Source: an uncultured Actinomycetota bacterium
GTDB lineage: Bacteria > Actinomycetota > Actinomycetes > Mycobacteriales > Mycobacteriaceae
Length of the DNA: 64,000 nt
Assembly (NCBI GenBank): GCA_963800125.1
Contig: CAWDAC010000030.1
Location: 98,736 to 162,735 of the forward strand
Direction of reading: 5' to 3'
Shown here: piece by piece, positions 34,603-46,357 of the stretch
Position numbering within the stretch: the first letter of the stretch is position 1
Layout of the letters: every line of letters begins with the position of its first letter
Program-made: the position numbers and the translations under genes
Notes under the pieces: generated by a model
What the model saw: only the letters and a program-made list of their open reading frames with translations
Told to the model about the DNA's origin: nothing
Databases searched by the model: none

Positions 34603-35454
34603 ATGGCCGTAATCAGCGGTGACACCCTCGATGGCGTCTCGGCGACCACGCTGTGGACCCTGCACAACCGTGGCACCGAGGCAAAGCGGCCCGACGGCGT
34701 GATCCGTGATCCATGGGCGGCCACGTTGTTCGACACGATCGAGTACGACTACCGCAAGTTCGGCAAGCCCAACCAGTCGCACGGTTTGCGGGCGGCCGCA
34801 TTCGACGGGGTGATGCGTGAGCACCTCACAGCACACCCGAAAGCATCGGTCGTGGCCCTCGCCGAAGGACTGCAGACCAGCTTCTGGCGACTGGATGAAG
34901 CGGGCGTCGCCGACGAGTTGATCTGGTATTCCATCGATCTGCCGCCGGTGATGGCGTTGCGCGAACAACTGCTTCCGCACGACGACCGCATCGTGCCGCT
35001 CGCCCAGTCGGCGCTTGACCGCAGCTGGATGGACCGGGTAGCCGGAGCCGCGGCGCCGGCGACATCAGACACCGGCTCGAACGGGGTCTTCATCACCGCA
35101 GAAGGCCTGATGATGTACCTCGAACCCGACGACGCGCTCGCGCTGATCCGGGACTGCGCCGCCAGGTTTCCCGGCGGCCGGATGATGTTCGATTCCATCC
35201 CGCCGTTCTTCAGCCGCCGCACGCTGAAGGGCCTCAAGCTGTCCCACCGCTACACCGCTCCGCGGATGCCGTTCGGGATGACACCGGACGAGGCCCTCGC
35301 GCTGGCCGACACCGTTCCCGGGGTCCGCAGTGCACGCGACATCAAGCTGCCGCCCGGTCGCGGCTTGTTCAAAGTGGCCGCGTGGCCACCGCTGGACCGT
35401 GGTTTCCTGCGCCGCGTCCGGCCCAGCATCACGTTGTTGGAGTTCGATCGATGA
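34603..35454 (+). CDS. Class I SAM-dependent methyltransferase (Omt/LCM-like), paralog 1
   Basis: [25 protein letters not shown]; TACTAT -10 box 6 nt before ATG 34603. Confidence 0.9.
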   Translation: MAVISGDTLDGVSATTLWTLHNRGTEAKRPDGVIRDPWAATLFDTIEYDYRKFGKPNQSHGLRAAAFDGVMREHLTAHPKASVVALAEGLQTSFWRLDEAGVADELIWYSIDLPPVMALREQLLPHDDRIVPLAQSALDRSWMDRVAGAAAPATSDTGSNGVFITAEGLMMYLEPDDALALIRDCAARFPGGRMMFDSIPPFFSRRTLKGLKLSHRYTAPRMPFGMTPDEALALADTVPGVRSARDIKLPPGRGLFKVAAWPPLDRGFLRRVRPSITLLEFDR

Positions 35455-35972
35455 CCCGGTATGCCGCGTTCCTTCGCGGAGTGAACGTGGGCGGGGTCAA
35501 CCTCAAGATGGCCGAGGTGGCCGCCGCGTTGGAGAAGGCGGGTTTCGAGAACGTCCGAACGATCCTGGCCAGCGGCAACGTGTTGCTGGAGAGCCGATCC
35601 GGTGTCGATGCCGTGCGCAAGAAGGCCGAGAAGGCGCTGCGCGACCAATTCGGCTACGACGCCTGGGTGCTGGCCTACGACCTGGACACCGTGCGGGCGA
35701 TCTCTGACGACTACCCGTTCGACCGCGACGTCGACGGCCATCACAGCTACGTCACGTTCGTCACCGACGAGGATGTGCTCGACGAGCTGGCGGCGCTGGC
35801 CAAAGACGCCGGTTCGCACGAGAAGATCGAACGCGGCGAGGGGGTCATCTATTGGCAGGTCCCCAACAAGGGCACGCTGGACACCACCATCGGCAAGACG
35901 ATGGGAAAGAAGCGCTACAAGTCGTCGACAACCACCCGCAACCTGCGCACGCTGGGCAAAGTGTTGCGATGA
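35451..35972 (+). CDS. DUF1697 protein (Rv1154c-like)
   Basis: YAAFLRGVNVGG, LASGNV, TTRNLRT. Confidence 0.9.
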   Translation: MTRYAAFLRGVNVGGVNLKMAEVAAALEKAGFENVRTILASGNVLLESRSGVDAVRKKAEKALRDQFGYDAWVLAYDLDTVRAISDDYPFDRDVDGHHSYVTFVTDEDVLDELAALAKDAGSHEKIERGEGVIYWQVPNKGTLDTTIGKTMGKKRYKSSTTTRNLRTLGKVLR

Positions 35973-36796
35973 CCGAGAAGACAGACGGCACCGCACTGAC
36001 CGGCGTTTCCGAGACTGCGCTCCTCACGCTGCTGGTGCGCGCCACCGAGGCGCGCAGGCCGGATTCCGTCATCGATGACCCGATGGCGATCAAGCTGGTC
36101 GACGCCATCGACTTCGACTTCGCCAAGTTCGGCTTCACCCGCCGCCAGGACATGGCGTTGCGGGCGCTGGCCTTCGACAACTACACCCGGCGCTACCTGA
36201 TCGACCATCCGTCGGCCACCGTCGTCGCCCTCGCCGAGGGGCTCCAGACCAGCTTCTACCGCCTGGACGCGTCGGGCTTGGGGGACCAATTCCGTTGGCT
36301 CACTGTCGATCTGCCACCGATCATCGAGCTTCGCGAGCGACTGCTGCCGCACTCTGATCGGGTCTCGATGTGCGCGCGTTCCGCGCTGGACTTCGGCTGG
36401 ATGGACCTGGTCGACCCAACCGAGGGGGTGTTCATCACCACCGAGGGCCTGCTGATGTACCTGCAGCCCGAGGAGGCCCTCGGCCTGATCACCGAATGCG
36501 CCAAGCGCTTTCCCGGGGGCCAGATGATGTTCGATCTGCCGCCCGTGTTGTTCGCGGCGTGGGCTCGCCGCGGCATGCGTATGTCGCGGCGCTACCGGGT
36601 GCCGCCCATGCCGTTCACCCTCTCGGTGTCCGACATCGCAGACCTGGCCAACACCGTGCCCGGCGTACGCGCCGTGCATGACCTGCCGATGGCGCCGGGC
36701 CGGGGCAAACTGCTCAACGCGATGATGTGGACGGCGCAGCGGGTTCCACTGCTGGATCCGGTCCGGCCCGTCCTCACCCTGCTCGAGTTCGGTTAG
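35969..36796 (+). CDS. omt: Class I SAM-dependent O-methyltransferase (Rv1153c-like), paralog 2
   Basis: [34 protein letters not shown]. Confidence 0.85.
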   Translation: MTEKTDGTALTGVSETALLTLLVRATEARRPDSVIDDPMAIKLVDAIDFDFAKFGFTRRQDMALRALAFDNYTRRYLIDHPSATVVALAEGLQTSFYRLDASGLGDQFRWLTVDLPPIIELRERLLPHSDRVSMCARSALDFGWMDLVDPTEGVFITTEGLLMYLQPEEALGLITECAKRFPGGQMMFDLPPVLFAAWARRGMRMSRRYRVPPMPFTLSVSDIADLANTVPGVRAVHDLPMAPGRGKLLNAMMWTAQRVPLLDPVRPVLTLLEFG

Positions 36797-37158
36797 CCGA
36801 ACGCGGACTCGACATACTTAAGCGCCTCATCCTTGCCGATGCCCAGCGCCTTCGCCGCCGTCGCGTACGTGTGCGCCGCCGTCGCCAGCGCCGCGTCGGC
36901 GGGGTCGGTGCGCGCGACGAAAGTGCCGAAGCGGCCACGGGTTTCGAGGATCCCGGCCGACTCCAGCTCGCGATACGCGCGAGCGACGGTGTTCACCGCC
37001 ATTCCCAGCCGCGCCGCGAGTTCACGAACCGTCGGCAGCCGGGTACCCGGCGGCAGCCGGCCACCCCGAATCCCGTCGATGATCTGACCCCTGAGCTGGT
37101 CGAATAGCGGCTTGCTTCCCTGCGGGTCACCCTGAACCCATTCCCCCAAATTGGCCAC
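36793..37158 (-). CDS. GntR-family regulator (Rv1152-like)
   Basis: [27 protein letters not shown]. Confidence 0.92.
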   Translation of the reverse strand: MANLGEWVQGDPQGSKPLFDQLRGQIIDGIRGGRLPPGTRLPTVRELAARLGMAVNTVARAYRELESAGILETRGRFGTFVARTDPADAALATAAHTYATAAKALGIGKDEALKYVESAFG

Positions 37159-37195
37159 GTGCCTAGTATCGCGCAAGACCCGCTAGTTTGGTGAT

Positions 37196-37912
37196 GTGCA
37201 ATTGACTGTGCTCAGCGGGGCAGGTATTTCCGCAGAGAGCGGGGTTCCGACGTTCCGCGATGTCGAGACCGGGCTGTGGGCAAAAGTCGACCCGTACGAG
37301 ATATCGAGCGCACAGGGCTGGCACCGGCACCCGGAGAAGGTGTGGGCGTGGTACCTGTGGCGGCACTACCTCATGCAGTCGGTCGAGCCGAATAACGGCC
37401 ATCGAGCCGTCGCGGCGTGGCAGGACCACGCCGAGGTCCACGTCGTCACCCAGAACGTCGACAACCTGCACGAACGGGCAGGCAGTGAACACGTGTACCA
37501 CCTGCATGGCAGCCTCTTCGAATTCCGTTGCGACCGTTGCCAAGCCGAATACCGCGGCGCCCTGCCCGAGATGCCCGAGCCGGTCGAAGTCGCGCAGCCG
37601 CCGCAGTGTGTTGTCTGCGGGGGCCTGGTCAGACCCAACGTGGTGTGGTTCGGCGAGCCGCTGCCCGACACCGCCTGGCAGAAATCTGTCGATGCCGTCA
37701 ATAACGCCGACGTCGTGATCGTGGTTGGCACGTCGTCGATCGTCTACCCAGCCGCCGGGCTGCCGGAACTGGCGCTGGCCAACGGCATTCCGGTTGTCGA
37801 GGTCAATCCCGAGCGCACACCGCTATCGGATGCCGCGACGGTCACGGTGCGGGAATCCGCCGCCGGCGCACTGCCAGGGCTGTTGCAGCGACTGCCTGCG
37901 CTACTCGGCTAG
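37196..37912 (+). CDS. cobB: NAD-dependent protein deacylase (sirtuin)
   Basis: [32 protein letters not shown], two Cxx[10 protein letters not shown]. Confidence 0.95.
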   Translation: MQLTVLSGAGISAESGVPTFRDVETGLWAKVDPYEISSAQGWHRHPEKVWAWYLWRHYLMQSVEPNNGHRAVAAWQDHAEVHVVTQNVDNLHERAGSEHVYHLHGSLFEFRCDRCQAEYRGALPEMPEPVEVAQPPQCVVCGGLVRPNVVWFGEPLPDTAWQKSVDAVNNADVVIVVGTSSIVYPAAGLPELALANGIPVVEVNPERTPLSDAATVTVRESAAGALPGLLQRLPALLG

Positions 37913-37925
37913 GAGCTCACCGACC

Positions 37926-38580
37926 CGCGAACCTGTAATTAACGCGGAGAAGTACGAGTTGAGACGTTGGCATCGACGAATCTTCCGCGACGTTAATTTC
38001 CTCGAGCGGCACGAGGTTTCATTTCGAGACCGGATCGCGGGAGCCTGGCTTCGGTCAGGACGGCAGGGGATCATCGCGGGAGTGGCCGCTGTCGGCGCTT
38101 CACGGCGCACCGTGGGTCGACGATGAGGTCCCGATCGAGATGATCTGGTCCAACACCAGACCACCTGCCGGTGTCATCGCGTGCGATGAACGCTTTGCGG
38201 AAGACGAGATCACGCGAGTCGCGGGCATTCCCGTGACCGCACGTGCGGCGGACGCCGTTCGATCTCGGCCGCCACCCACCGCGTCATGAAGCACTGGCCC
38301 GACTCGACGCCCTGATGTGGGCGTCACCCTTTTCGACTGCGGACGTATTGCCGCTCGCCAAACGCTATACCGATGCTCGGGGCCCGCGGCAGATTTGTCG
38401 GATGCCGCCGCTTGTGGACGGGCGCGGACTCACCGAGGGAAACGGACCGACCGCAAGCAGTACGTCAAGGACCTCCGCGTGATGCCAAAGCTCGAGCGCA
38501 TGGGCTGGATCGTGATCCGGGTAATCAAGGAGGACAACGAGAATGACATCATCGAGCGAACTCGGACGGCGCGTGTTGTC
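37926..38580 (+). pseudogene. DUF559/AbiEi-like (Rv3517/Rv1482c-type) remnant
   Basis: Fragments LRRWHRRIFRDV, RTPFDLGRH...ALARLDAL and KLERMGWIVIRVIKED in different frames, with gaps. Confidence 0.6.
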
Positions 38581-38664
38581 CCCGAGGCTGGCCTCCGAGA
38601 CTGTAGTTACCTCGGAATAGTGCGAGTGGAGCGCGCGATAACGACAGGCTCGGCGATTCGTCGG

Positions 38665-39315
38665 CTAGGCCGCGGGCTTTTCGGCGCGGCCGATGGCGTA
38701 CTCCGCCACCGGCGTCGGAAACCATGCGGGAAGGGCAGGTTCGCGACGCGTGCTCTCCACCGCGAAGCCGGCACCGACGATTGATGCCTCGGTGTCGCGA
38801 TGGGTGTGGCAGTTGCCCATCAATCGCGGCCACACGGTTGCGTCTGCGATTTTCTGTAGCCGCCCCCGAGCGCCGGTACTGGCGACGTGCTCGAGGTAAC
38901 GCAGTTCGCCACCGGGACGCAACAGCGAAAACAGTTGATGCAGAACACTGTCCGGGTCTTCGATGGAACAGAGCACCAGCGAGCACACCACGGCGTCGAA
39001 CGGCTCACCTTGGGAAAGCCCTGCGAATTTCTCGACGGTACCTGTGCTCACCATCACCGGAACAGTGGCCCTTCCTGCGGCTTCCCGGGCCAGCGGAACC
39101 AGCCGTCGTTCCGGCTCGACGGCGACCACCTCGGTCACCGTCGGCGGGTAGAACGCGAAGTTGGTCCCGGTCCCGGCACCCACTTCCAGCACGCGGCCGG
39201 ACAAGCCTTCCAGGTTCTCGCTCCGCAGCTGCTGTATCTCCTCGGTTTCATGGTTGGACAAGAAGGTCCACAGCCGGGCGAAGAACGGGTTGTCTGTGGT
39301 GTCGCTGTCGGTCAC
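38665..39315 (-). CDS. Class I SAM-dependent methyltransferase (Rv1147-like)
   Basis: VLEVGAGTG, FDAVVCSLVLCS, LRPGGELRYLEH. Confidence 0.92.
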   Translation of the reverse strand: MTDSDTTDNPFFARLWTFLSNHETEEIQQLRSENLEGLSGRVLEVGAGTGTNFAFYPPTVTEVVAVEPERRLVPLAREAAGRATVPVMVSTGTVEKFAGLSQGEPFDAVVCSLVLCSIEDPDSVLHQLFSLLRPGGELRYLEHVASTGARGRLQKIADATVWPRLMGNCHTHRDTEASIVGAGFAVESTRREPALPAWFPTPVAEYAIGRAEKPAA

Positions 39316-40010
39316 GAGTTCCTTTCTGGCGGTTGGCGGTTCAGCAACCAGTCGACGGTCTGCTGGGGTGTCACGTCGTCATCCTCGACCAGCCCGAGCA
39401 CGATGTGGCCCAGACACGCCGCCGACAACGTCTGGTCGGCGAATTCCTCGACGTCGCCCCACGGCAGGTACGGCTTCGAGATCAGCAGCGCTGCAACACC
39501 GTGTGCGGCGGTCAGCAGCTGCAGTGCGGCCGTAGTCGGATCGCCCGGCGGGTAAATGCCCTCGTCGATCAACGACTCTACCGAGTTACGCAGGTGCAGG
39601 AACGCCGAGCTGTTCAGCGTCATGTCGACGTCGCTGCCAGGCCTGCCTTCGCCCATGGTCGCGATGCGATACAACTCGGGCGTTTGCGTGGCGAAGCGGA
39701 CATACGCCAGGCCCTGTGCGCGCAGCACGTCGATGGTCGACGGCTGGTCGGCCGCCACTCGACCCATCTCCTCGTTGAGCTTCTCGAAATACCGCGCACA
39801 CACCGCGTCCAGCAGCGCGTCCTTGTCGGCGAAGTGCAGGTAGATCGACGGCGGCGTGACGCCGACCCGCTCTGCCACCGACCGGATCGACACTGCCTTG
39901 GCGTGCCCGGTTTCCAGCAGCAACTCGGTGGTGGCGTCGAGGATTTCGTCTCTCAGCTGCTCACCGGATCCGCGAGGGGAGCGCCTGCGACGCAACGGCT
40001 GGGTTACCAC
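39312..40010 (-). CDS. TetR-family regulator
   Basis: ILDATTELL...SIRSVAERVGVTPPSIYLHFADK; start placed at GTG 40010. Confidence 0.9.
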   Translation of the reverse strand: MVTQPLRRRRSPRGSGEQLRDEILDATTELLLETGHAKAVSIRSVAERVGVTPPSIYLHFADKDALLDAVCARYFEKLNEEMGRVAADQPSTIDVLRAQGLAYVRFATQTPELYRIATMGEGRPGSDVDMTLNSSAFLHLRNSVESLIDEGIYPPGDPTTAALQLLTAAHGVAALLISKPYLPWGDVEEFADQTLSAACLGHIVLGLVEDDDVTPQQTVDWLLNRQPPERNS

Positions 40011-40012
40011 GA

Positions 40013-42295
40013 CTAACCAGTGTCCGTCACCAAGACCGCGGCCCGCTCCCGTTTCTCCGCACGGGGAATCAAGTCGTCGGTAGATTCGCTGATACCGATC
40101 CGTTCGTGCAGCCGGGCCAACGGCTTGGGCGCCCACCAACACCACCGGCCGAGCAAGTGCATGAACGCGGGCACCAGGGCCATCCGCACCAGGGTGGCGT
40201 CGACGAGCACCGCCAGCGTCAGCCCGACGCCGAACATCCGCATGAACGCCACCTGGGCGGCGATCAACGCCGCGAACGAAATCGACATCACCAGCGCGGC
40301 GGCGGTCACGACGCGGCCCGTGCGGGCCAGACCGAGCGCGACGGCCTCATCGTTGTCCGCCCGCGTCTTACCACCCAAGGACAGCCAGTATTCGCGCATC
40401 CGGCTCACCAGGAACACCTCGTAGTCCATCGAGAGCCCAAAGGCGATGCAGAACAACAACACCGGCAAGTTTGCGACGAGCGTTCCGGTAGGCGTGGTGC
40501 CCAGCGCGCCGAGATGGCCCTCCTGGAATATCCACACCAAGGCGCCGAACGCCGCGGTCAACGACAACACGTTGAGCACCAACGCCTTCAGCGGCAGGAT
40601 CACGCTGCCCGTCAACAGGAACAGCAGCACGAACGTGATCGCGGCGATTATCGCCAGCACGACAGGCAGCCGTTCGGTGATCGCCACCGAGCTGTCACGG
40701 TTGATCAGCGCAACCCCGGTCAGTTGCACCGGTTTGCCCGCAGGCGTGCTCACCGCGCGCAGGCGGTCCAGCTGGGCTTCGGAGGCGTCGGAGAACAGCG
40801 GCGCGTTGCTGCCGACGGTCAAAAACGCGCTGTCTTCCTTCAGTCCGGTCGCGGCCGACGGCGGCCCGGCGGGTGCACCGTTGACGAATGTCCCTGCCGG
40901 CGAGGACACCGACGCCACGTCGGGGACTTGGGACAGCCGCGCGGCGTAGCGGCCGAGATCCTCGGGCGTTACCCCGGTCGCGTCGGGAATGACGACGGTC
41001 ACGTTCCTGGCCGAGTCGACGGCGAAATCGTTGCGCAGTTGGTCACCGACCTGGCGGGCGGACAAGGACTCGGGCAGCACGCGGTCGTCGGGGAAGCCCC
41101 ACTTCGCGCCCAGGAACGGCGCGCCAAGCAGTAGCAAGAGCGCAATGATCGCGACACCGATCGGAATCGACCGGCGCATAACGAATTTGGTAGAGCGGTA
41201 CCAGAAGGTGTCCTCCACCGGCTTGGGAGCCGGCTCGGGACGCCCCAGCGCCCGGCGCAACATGCGCCGCACGTCCAGAGAGTCCAGCCGATCGCCGAGC
41301 AGCACGATCGCCGCAGGCGCCACCACGATCGCCGCGATGGCGGCGAACGCCACCACCGCAATGCCCGCGTAGGCGAAGGACTTCAGGAAATACATCGGGA
41401 ACAGCACCATCGCCACCATCGACAGCGCGACGGTCATCGCCGAGAACAGCACGGTCCGGCCCGCGGTGGCCATCGTGCGGATCAGCGCCTCGTCCCGCCC
41501 TGACCCGGCGGCCAGTTCGTCCCGGTACCGGCTGACGATCAGCAGCGTGTAGTCGATGGATAGCGCGAGGCCCATAGCGACCGTCAGATTGAGCGCGAAG
41601 ATCGACACATCGGTGACAAAGGTGACCGCGTGCAGCACCGCCATCGACCCCAAGATCGCGAAGGCGCCGACCGCCACCGGAAGCGCCGCCGCCAGCAGCC
41701 CGCCGAACACCCACACCAGCACAAGGAAGCTCAGCGGGATCGCGATGGATTCCATGAGCAGCAGGTCTTTTTCGCTTTGACCGCTGATCTGTACATAGAT
41801 CATCACCTCGCCGCCCGCGCGCACGGTGACTCCGTCGCGGTCGTGCACGAGTCGCTCGGTCAGCTCCTTGGCGTGCTTCTGCGCTTCGCTCTCACCGCCG
41901 GTGATGCCTGCGACGATCAGACCGGTCTTGCCGTCCTTGCTGACCAGCGCCGGGGCGGCCGACGGCGGCGAGGTCCATGCCGACGTCACGTCTGCCACGT
42001 ATGGCGACGCCTGCAGCTGCCCGGCGATGTCGGCGCCGACCGCCCGCGCTGCGGCGCTCTGCGCGCCGGCCTCGGACGTCACGCTGATCAGGAGCTCCAT
42101 GTCGCCCTGCCCGAACTTGTCGACCAGCACCTTGCTGGCTTGGGCGGACTCCGACGTCGGGTCCTGGAATCCGCCGGCCGACAGGCTCTTGGTGACCGGG
42201 ATGCCGAAGATGCCCGTGGCCACCATCACCAGCATCGCGATGACGATGATCCGCTTCGGCGCGGTGATAGCGAGCCGAGCGATCCCTTGCAGCAC
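40013..42295 (-). CDS. mmpL13: MMPL-family transporter, uninterrupted MmpL13-type
   Basis: Two MMPL repeats, GLALSIDY and GLSMDYEVFL; position matches Rv1145/1146. Confidence 0.85.
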   Translation of the reverse strand: MLQGIARLAITAPKRIIVIAMLVMVATGIFGIPVTKSLSAGGFQDPTSESAQASKVLVDKFGQGDMELLISVTSEAGAQSAAARAVGADIAGQLQASPYVADVTSAWTSPPSAAPALVSKDGKTGLIVAGITGGESEAQKHAKELTERLVHDRDGVTVRAGGEVMIYVQISGQSEKDLLLMESIAIPLSFLVLVWVFGGLLAAALPVAVGAFAILGSMAVLHAVTFVTDVSIFALNLTVAMGLALSIDYTLLIVSRYRDELAAGSGRDEALIRTMATAGRTVLFSAMTVALSMVAMVLFPMYFLKSFAYAGIAVVAFAAIAAIVVAPAAIVLLGDRLDSLDVRRMLRRALGRPEPAPKPVEDTFWYRSTKFVMRRSIPIGVAIIALLLLLGAPFLGAKWGFPDDRVLPESLSARQVGDQLRNDFAVDSARNVTVVIPDATGVTPEDLGRYAARLSQVPDVASVSSPAGTFVNGAPAGPPSAATGLKEDSAFLTVGSNAPLFSDASEAQLDRLRAVSTPAGKPVQLTGVALINRDSSVAITERLPVVLAIIAAITFVLLFLLTGSVILPLKALVLNVLSLTAAFGALVWIFQEGHLGALGTTPTGTLVANLPVLLFCIAFGLSMDYEVFLVSRMREYWLSLGGKTRADNDEAVALGLARTGRVVTAAALVMSISFAALIAAQVAFMRMFGVGLTLAVLVDATLVRMALVPAFMHLLGRWCWWAPKPLARLHERIGISESTDDLIPRAEKRERAAVLVTDTG

Positions 42296-42465
42296 GTCGT
42301 GTCCCTCCGCAAAACCCGACTAGAAGCTATCGTCGATAACTTATCAACGGTAACTCAGCAGGGTCAACGCGTCACTTCTACGGTGATCACGGTGCCGAGC
42401 CATCGAACGTTCAGCGCGCGAGAGGGCGGTTCACAGCATGCTCACAGCCGCCTAGGCTCGGCGAC

Positions 42466-43000
42466 ATGGCGACCACCGAACGCACCGTCGAAACCTCCAC
42501 ATCACTGACCGATCTGGGCCTGTTGATCCTGCGTATCGGCATCGGCGCCGCGATGGTTCAGGCCGGGCTCATAAAGCTTCTTCGACTTCAGCACCACCGT
42601 CGGCTTCATGGAGTCCGGCGGCTGGAGCATGCCGACATTCGCCGCCCTCATGGTGTCCGTCGCCGAGACGGCCGGCGGGATCGGACTCATCTTTGGCGTC
42701 CTTACACCGCTGGCCGCGTGCGCGGTGATCGGCGCGATGATCGACGCGTGGGCGGTCAACGTCTCTGAGGGCGCGTTTTGGTCGGCACCGTTCAACTTGC
42801 CGTTCTTGCTGGCCATCGGCGCGACGACGCTGCTGTTCACCGGCCCAGGCGCCTACTCCGTGGACGCCCGGGTGTTCGGCCGTCCGCGCTGGTCGCCGGG
42901 CATCGCGCTGGGACTGCTCGTGCTGGCGATCGTCGCGGCCATCCTTACCTGGATCCTGCTCAACGGGACAAACCCGATCCATTTCAGTTCACCGGGGTAA
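42466..43000 (+). CDS. DoxX-family membrane protein, +1 frameshift near 42578
   Basis: LGLLILRIGIG, AETAGGIGLIFG, GPGAYSVD. Confidence 0.8.
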
Positions 43001-43114
43001 TCCCTGGTCAGCTACTCGCGAGTAGCCTCGGACCCTACCCGGCGGTAAGAATTGCCACGATTTTCCGAATCGTGACTCAAAGATTCCTTAATGGTGATGG
43101 TTACTGTTCAGTAC

Positions 43115-43246
43115 ATGTGGATCGACGACACCAGTGCTGATGTCATCAAGGTTGACTTCGAGGCGCTCTACCACGGCGATGTCCTGGTAGAGGGTGACAC
43201 CTCAGAGCAGCTCGACGACGGCCCCGCACTGCCCACCGCGGTCTGA
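43115..43246 (+). CDS. 43-aa acidic small protein
   Basis: MWIDDTSADVIKVDFEALYHGDVLVEGDTSEQLDDGPALPTAV; TACTGT -10 box 7 nt before ATG. Confidence 0.65.
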   Translation: MWIDDTSADVIKVDFEALYHGDVLVEGDTSEQLDDGPALPTAV

Positions 43247-43344
43247 GCCAACGCGCTCGGCTTGAGCGCTTTGACGTGTCAGACAGTTTGCCCTGTACGG
43301 GGCGTTCGTTGATTCCTCATTGACTCGATATTGACCCGATTCCC

Positions 43345-43606
43345 TTAGGCGGGAACCCTCTCAGATTCCGCTGACTCGACCATGTCGTCGAGCCTGCCGA
43401 TGATCAGTTCTTCGGCCTCGTCCACGATGCGTGTGACCAACTCGCCGACCGTCGGGATGTCGTTGATCAGGCCCATCGCCGTGCCGACCGACCAGATACC
43501 GGCCTCCACGTCACCGTCGTCGAACACCTTGCGACCACGGACCCCTGCGACCAGGTCCTTGATGTCGTCGAACTGACCGCCATCGTTGAGAATCTCGACC
43601 ACCTCA
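43345..43606 (-). pseudogene. Nitronate monooxygenase-family gene, C-terminal fragment
   Basis: EVVEIL..DLVAGVRGRKVFDDGDVEAGIWSVGTAMGLINDIPTVGELV. Confidence 0.85.
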
Positions 43607-43610
43607 CCGG

Positions 43611-43778
43611 CTTGCCGAGCAGCTCGACGTCACCGAGAGTGCCCGCGACGTGTGTGCGCTGGGGTTGCGGTTGCAGTCGGTGCTCGAGGAGCTCGACAAC
43701 ATGCCGCAGTCAGGCCCAGTGAGTAAGGCTGATGAGATTGCTGAACGGCGGCGTCAGCGTCGGGCGCAGCACAGCTAG
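43611..43778 (+). pseudogene. Terminase small subunit-like C-terminal fragment
   Basis: LAEQLDVTESARDVCALGLRLQSVLEELDNMPQSGPVSKADEIAERRRQRRAQHS*; pattern recalled from actinophage TerS. Confidence 0.5.
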
Positions 43779-43812
43779 GCACGTTCGCATATAGAGACGG
43801 GCTGTAGGTGCC

Positions 43813-43839
43813 TAGGTAGTCACTAGGGGTAACTACCTA
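43813..43839. promoter_or_regulatory. 11-5-11 palindrome, copy 3
   Basis: TAGGTAGTCAC-TAGGG-GTAACTACCTA; 43809-43839 matches the reverse complement of 23982-24012 at 30/31. Confidence 0.75.
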
Positions 43840-43913
43840 GGCAATCGATGGGAGCACCGACAATGAACACCGAACCCCGGCAGAGGGTTGTCGATCACGT
43901 ATAACGTGGCGCG

Positions 43914-44225
43914 TTACATGTCCGGGATCGTCTGGCTAACATACGACTCCCAAGTGGCGATCTGGCCACCCTCAAGCATGACGGCCTGCATCTCAGGATC
44001 GTCCAGGACAGCCTGCTGAACCTGGCCGAACCGCGTCCAGTCCTCGGCGCTAGAGAGCACGCCGATCGTGTTGGTCGCCCGCCCCCCGATCATGGTCACC
44101 GTCACCGTCACATTCTCCGCGCCGTGCTTGCGGGCGAGGTCACACGCCTTCTTGATTTGCTTCTGCACGTCTTCCCACTTGACGCCCGGATTCGGATGGA
44201 TGGTCGTTAACTGAAGAATGGTCAT
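43914..44225 (-). CDS. Hypothetical protein, possible dimeric alpha/beta-barrel (NIPSNAP-like)
   Basis: Intact 103 aa with strong RBS AAGGAGG; beta-alpha-beta-beta-alpha-beta-like pattern. Confidence 0.7.
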   Translation of the reverse strand: MTILQLTTIHPNPGVKWEDVQKQIKKACDLARKHGAENVTVTVTMIGGRATNTIGVLSSAEDWTRFGQVQQAVLDDPEMQAVMLEGGQIATWESYVSQTIPDM

Positions 44226-45158
44226 GGTGGAGCCTCCTTAATGCGTTGTGGCGGTCTTGCCAAAGGTAAGCCAACTGCGAATGCTGCTGCGGGCCGACCG
44301 CTACGCGACGGGCCGTCGGGTGGGAAAAGAGTAGTCCGGGCAGATGCCCTATCCTGCTGCGACCTGCTTCCTGCCGTCAGAGGTGCTCCATCGCGCGATA
44401 CATCCGCGTTATCTCGAAATAGTCGTGAATGGCGTCCTGCCGCCAAGGATGCGGTTTTGGAGGGGGGAGGTGGGGGTAGTGGATGTGACTGGCTGTGGCA
44501 GCCACGGTTGAGCGCCAGTGATGGTGCTGGTTGGAGCCGGCCGCGGACGCAGCCGTGTTGACCTGGGGAGCGGTGTGCTTGGGTAGGAAATGCGGCATGT
44601 GGGTTAGTAGATGTGGCATTTGCGGCGCCTCCCGATGTGCGGTGGCTGGTATTTGGAGTCACAGCCTTCGATTTGGGTTCCTGTCCCCCCGGACACTCAA
44701 TAAAACGGAAAACCGAGACGTTGGCTCCCTCGCTTCTCAATTTTCCCTTGGCGCGTGGCCGATGTTTCGGCCGCGACGGGATCGGCCAGTCGAGAGAGTC
44801 GCTACTGTCGGCTCTCGGATCAGTCACATCCTCGCCGCCGCGTCAATTATTCCGCCCCTGGACCCGATGTGATGACGTTTCTCGGCGGAAAAATTACGGG
44901 GTTATTGCAAATTCAAGTTTCCGGCAAAAGCCACGCCACCTCCGCCAGGGACTGCCGCTGACCTGGTCGAGCACAATGAACCGCTCACTAGGAGAGCAGA
45001 GACATCACAGGGCCACAGAGCTGCTTCTCAGCGGTTCATTGGCGAACTCTCCCCGCCGATAAATTAGTCGTAAGGGGACAAGTCAGTCCCACGATTCGAG
45101 TTGGGAACTGGCCCATTCCCGTGACCGCACCCAGGCGTGAAAAGCGCGGAAGCGTTCA

Positions 45159-46342
<1,184 letters not shown>

Positions 46343-46357
46343 TGATGCGTTCCCTTT

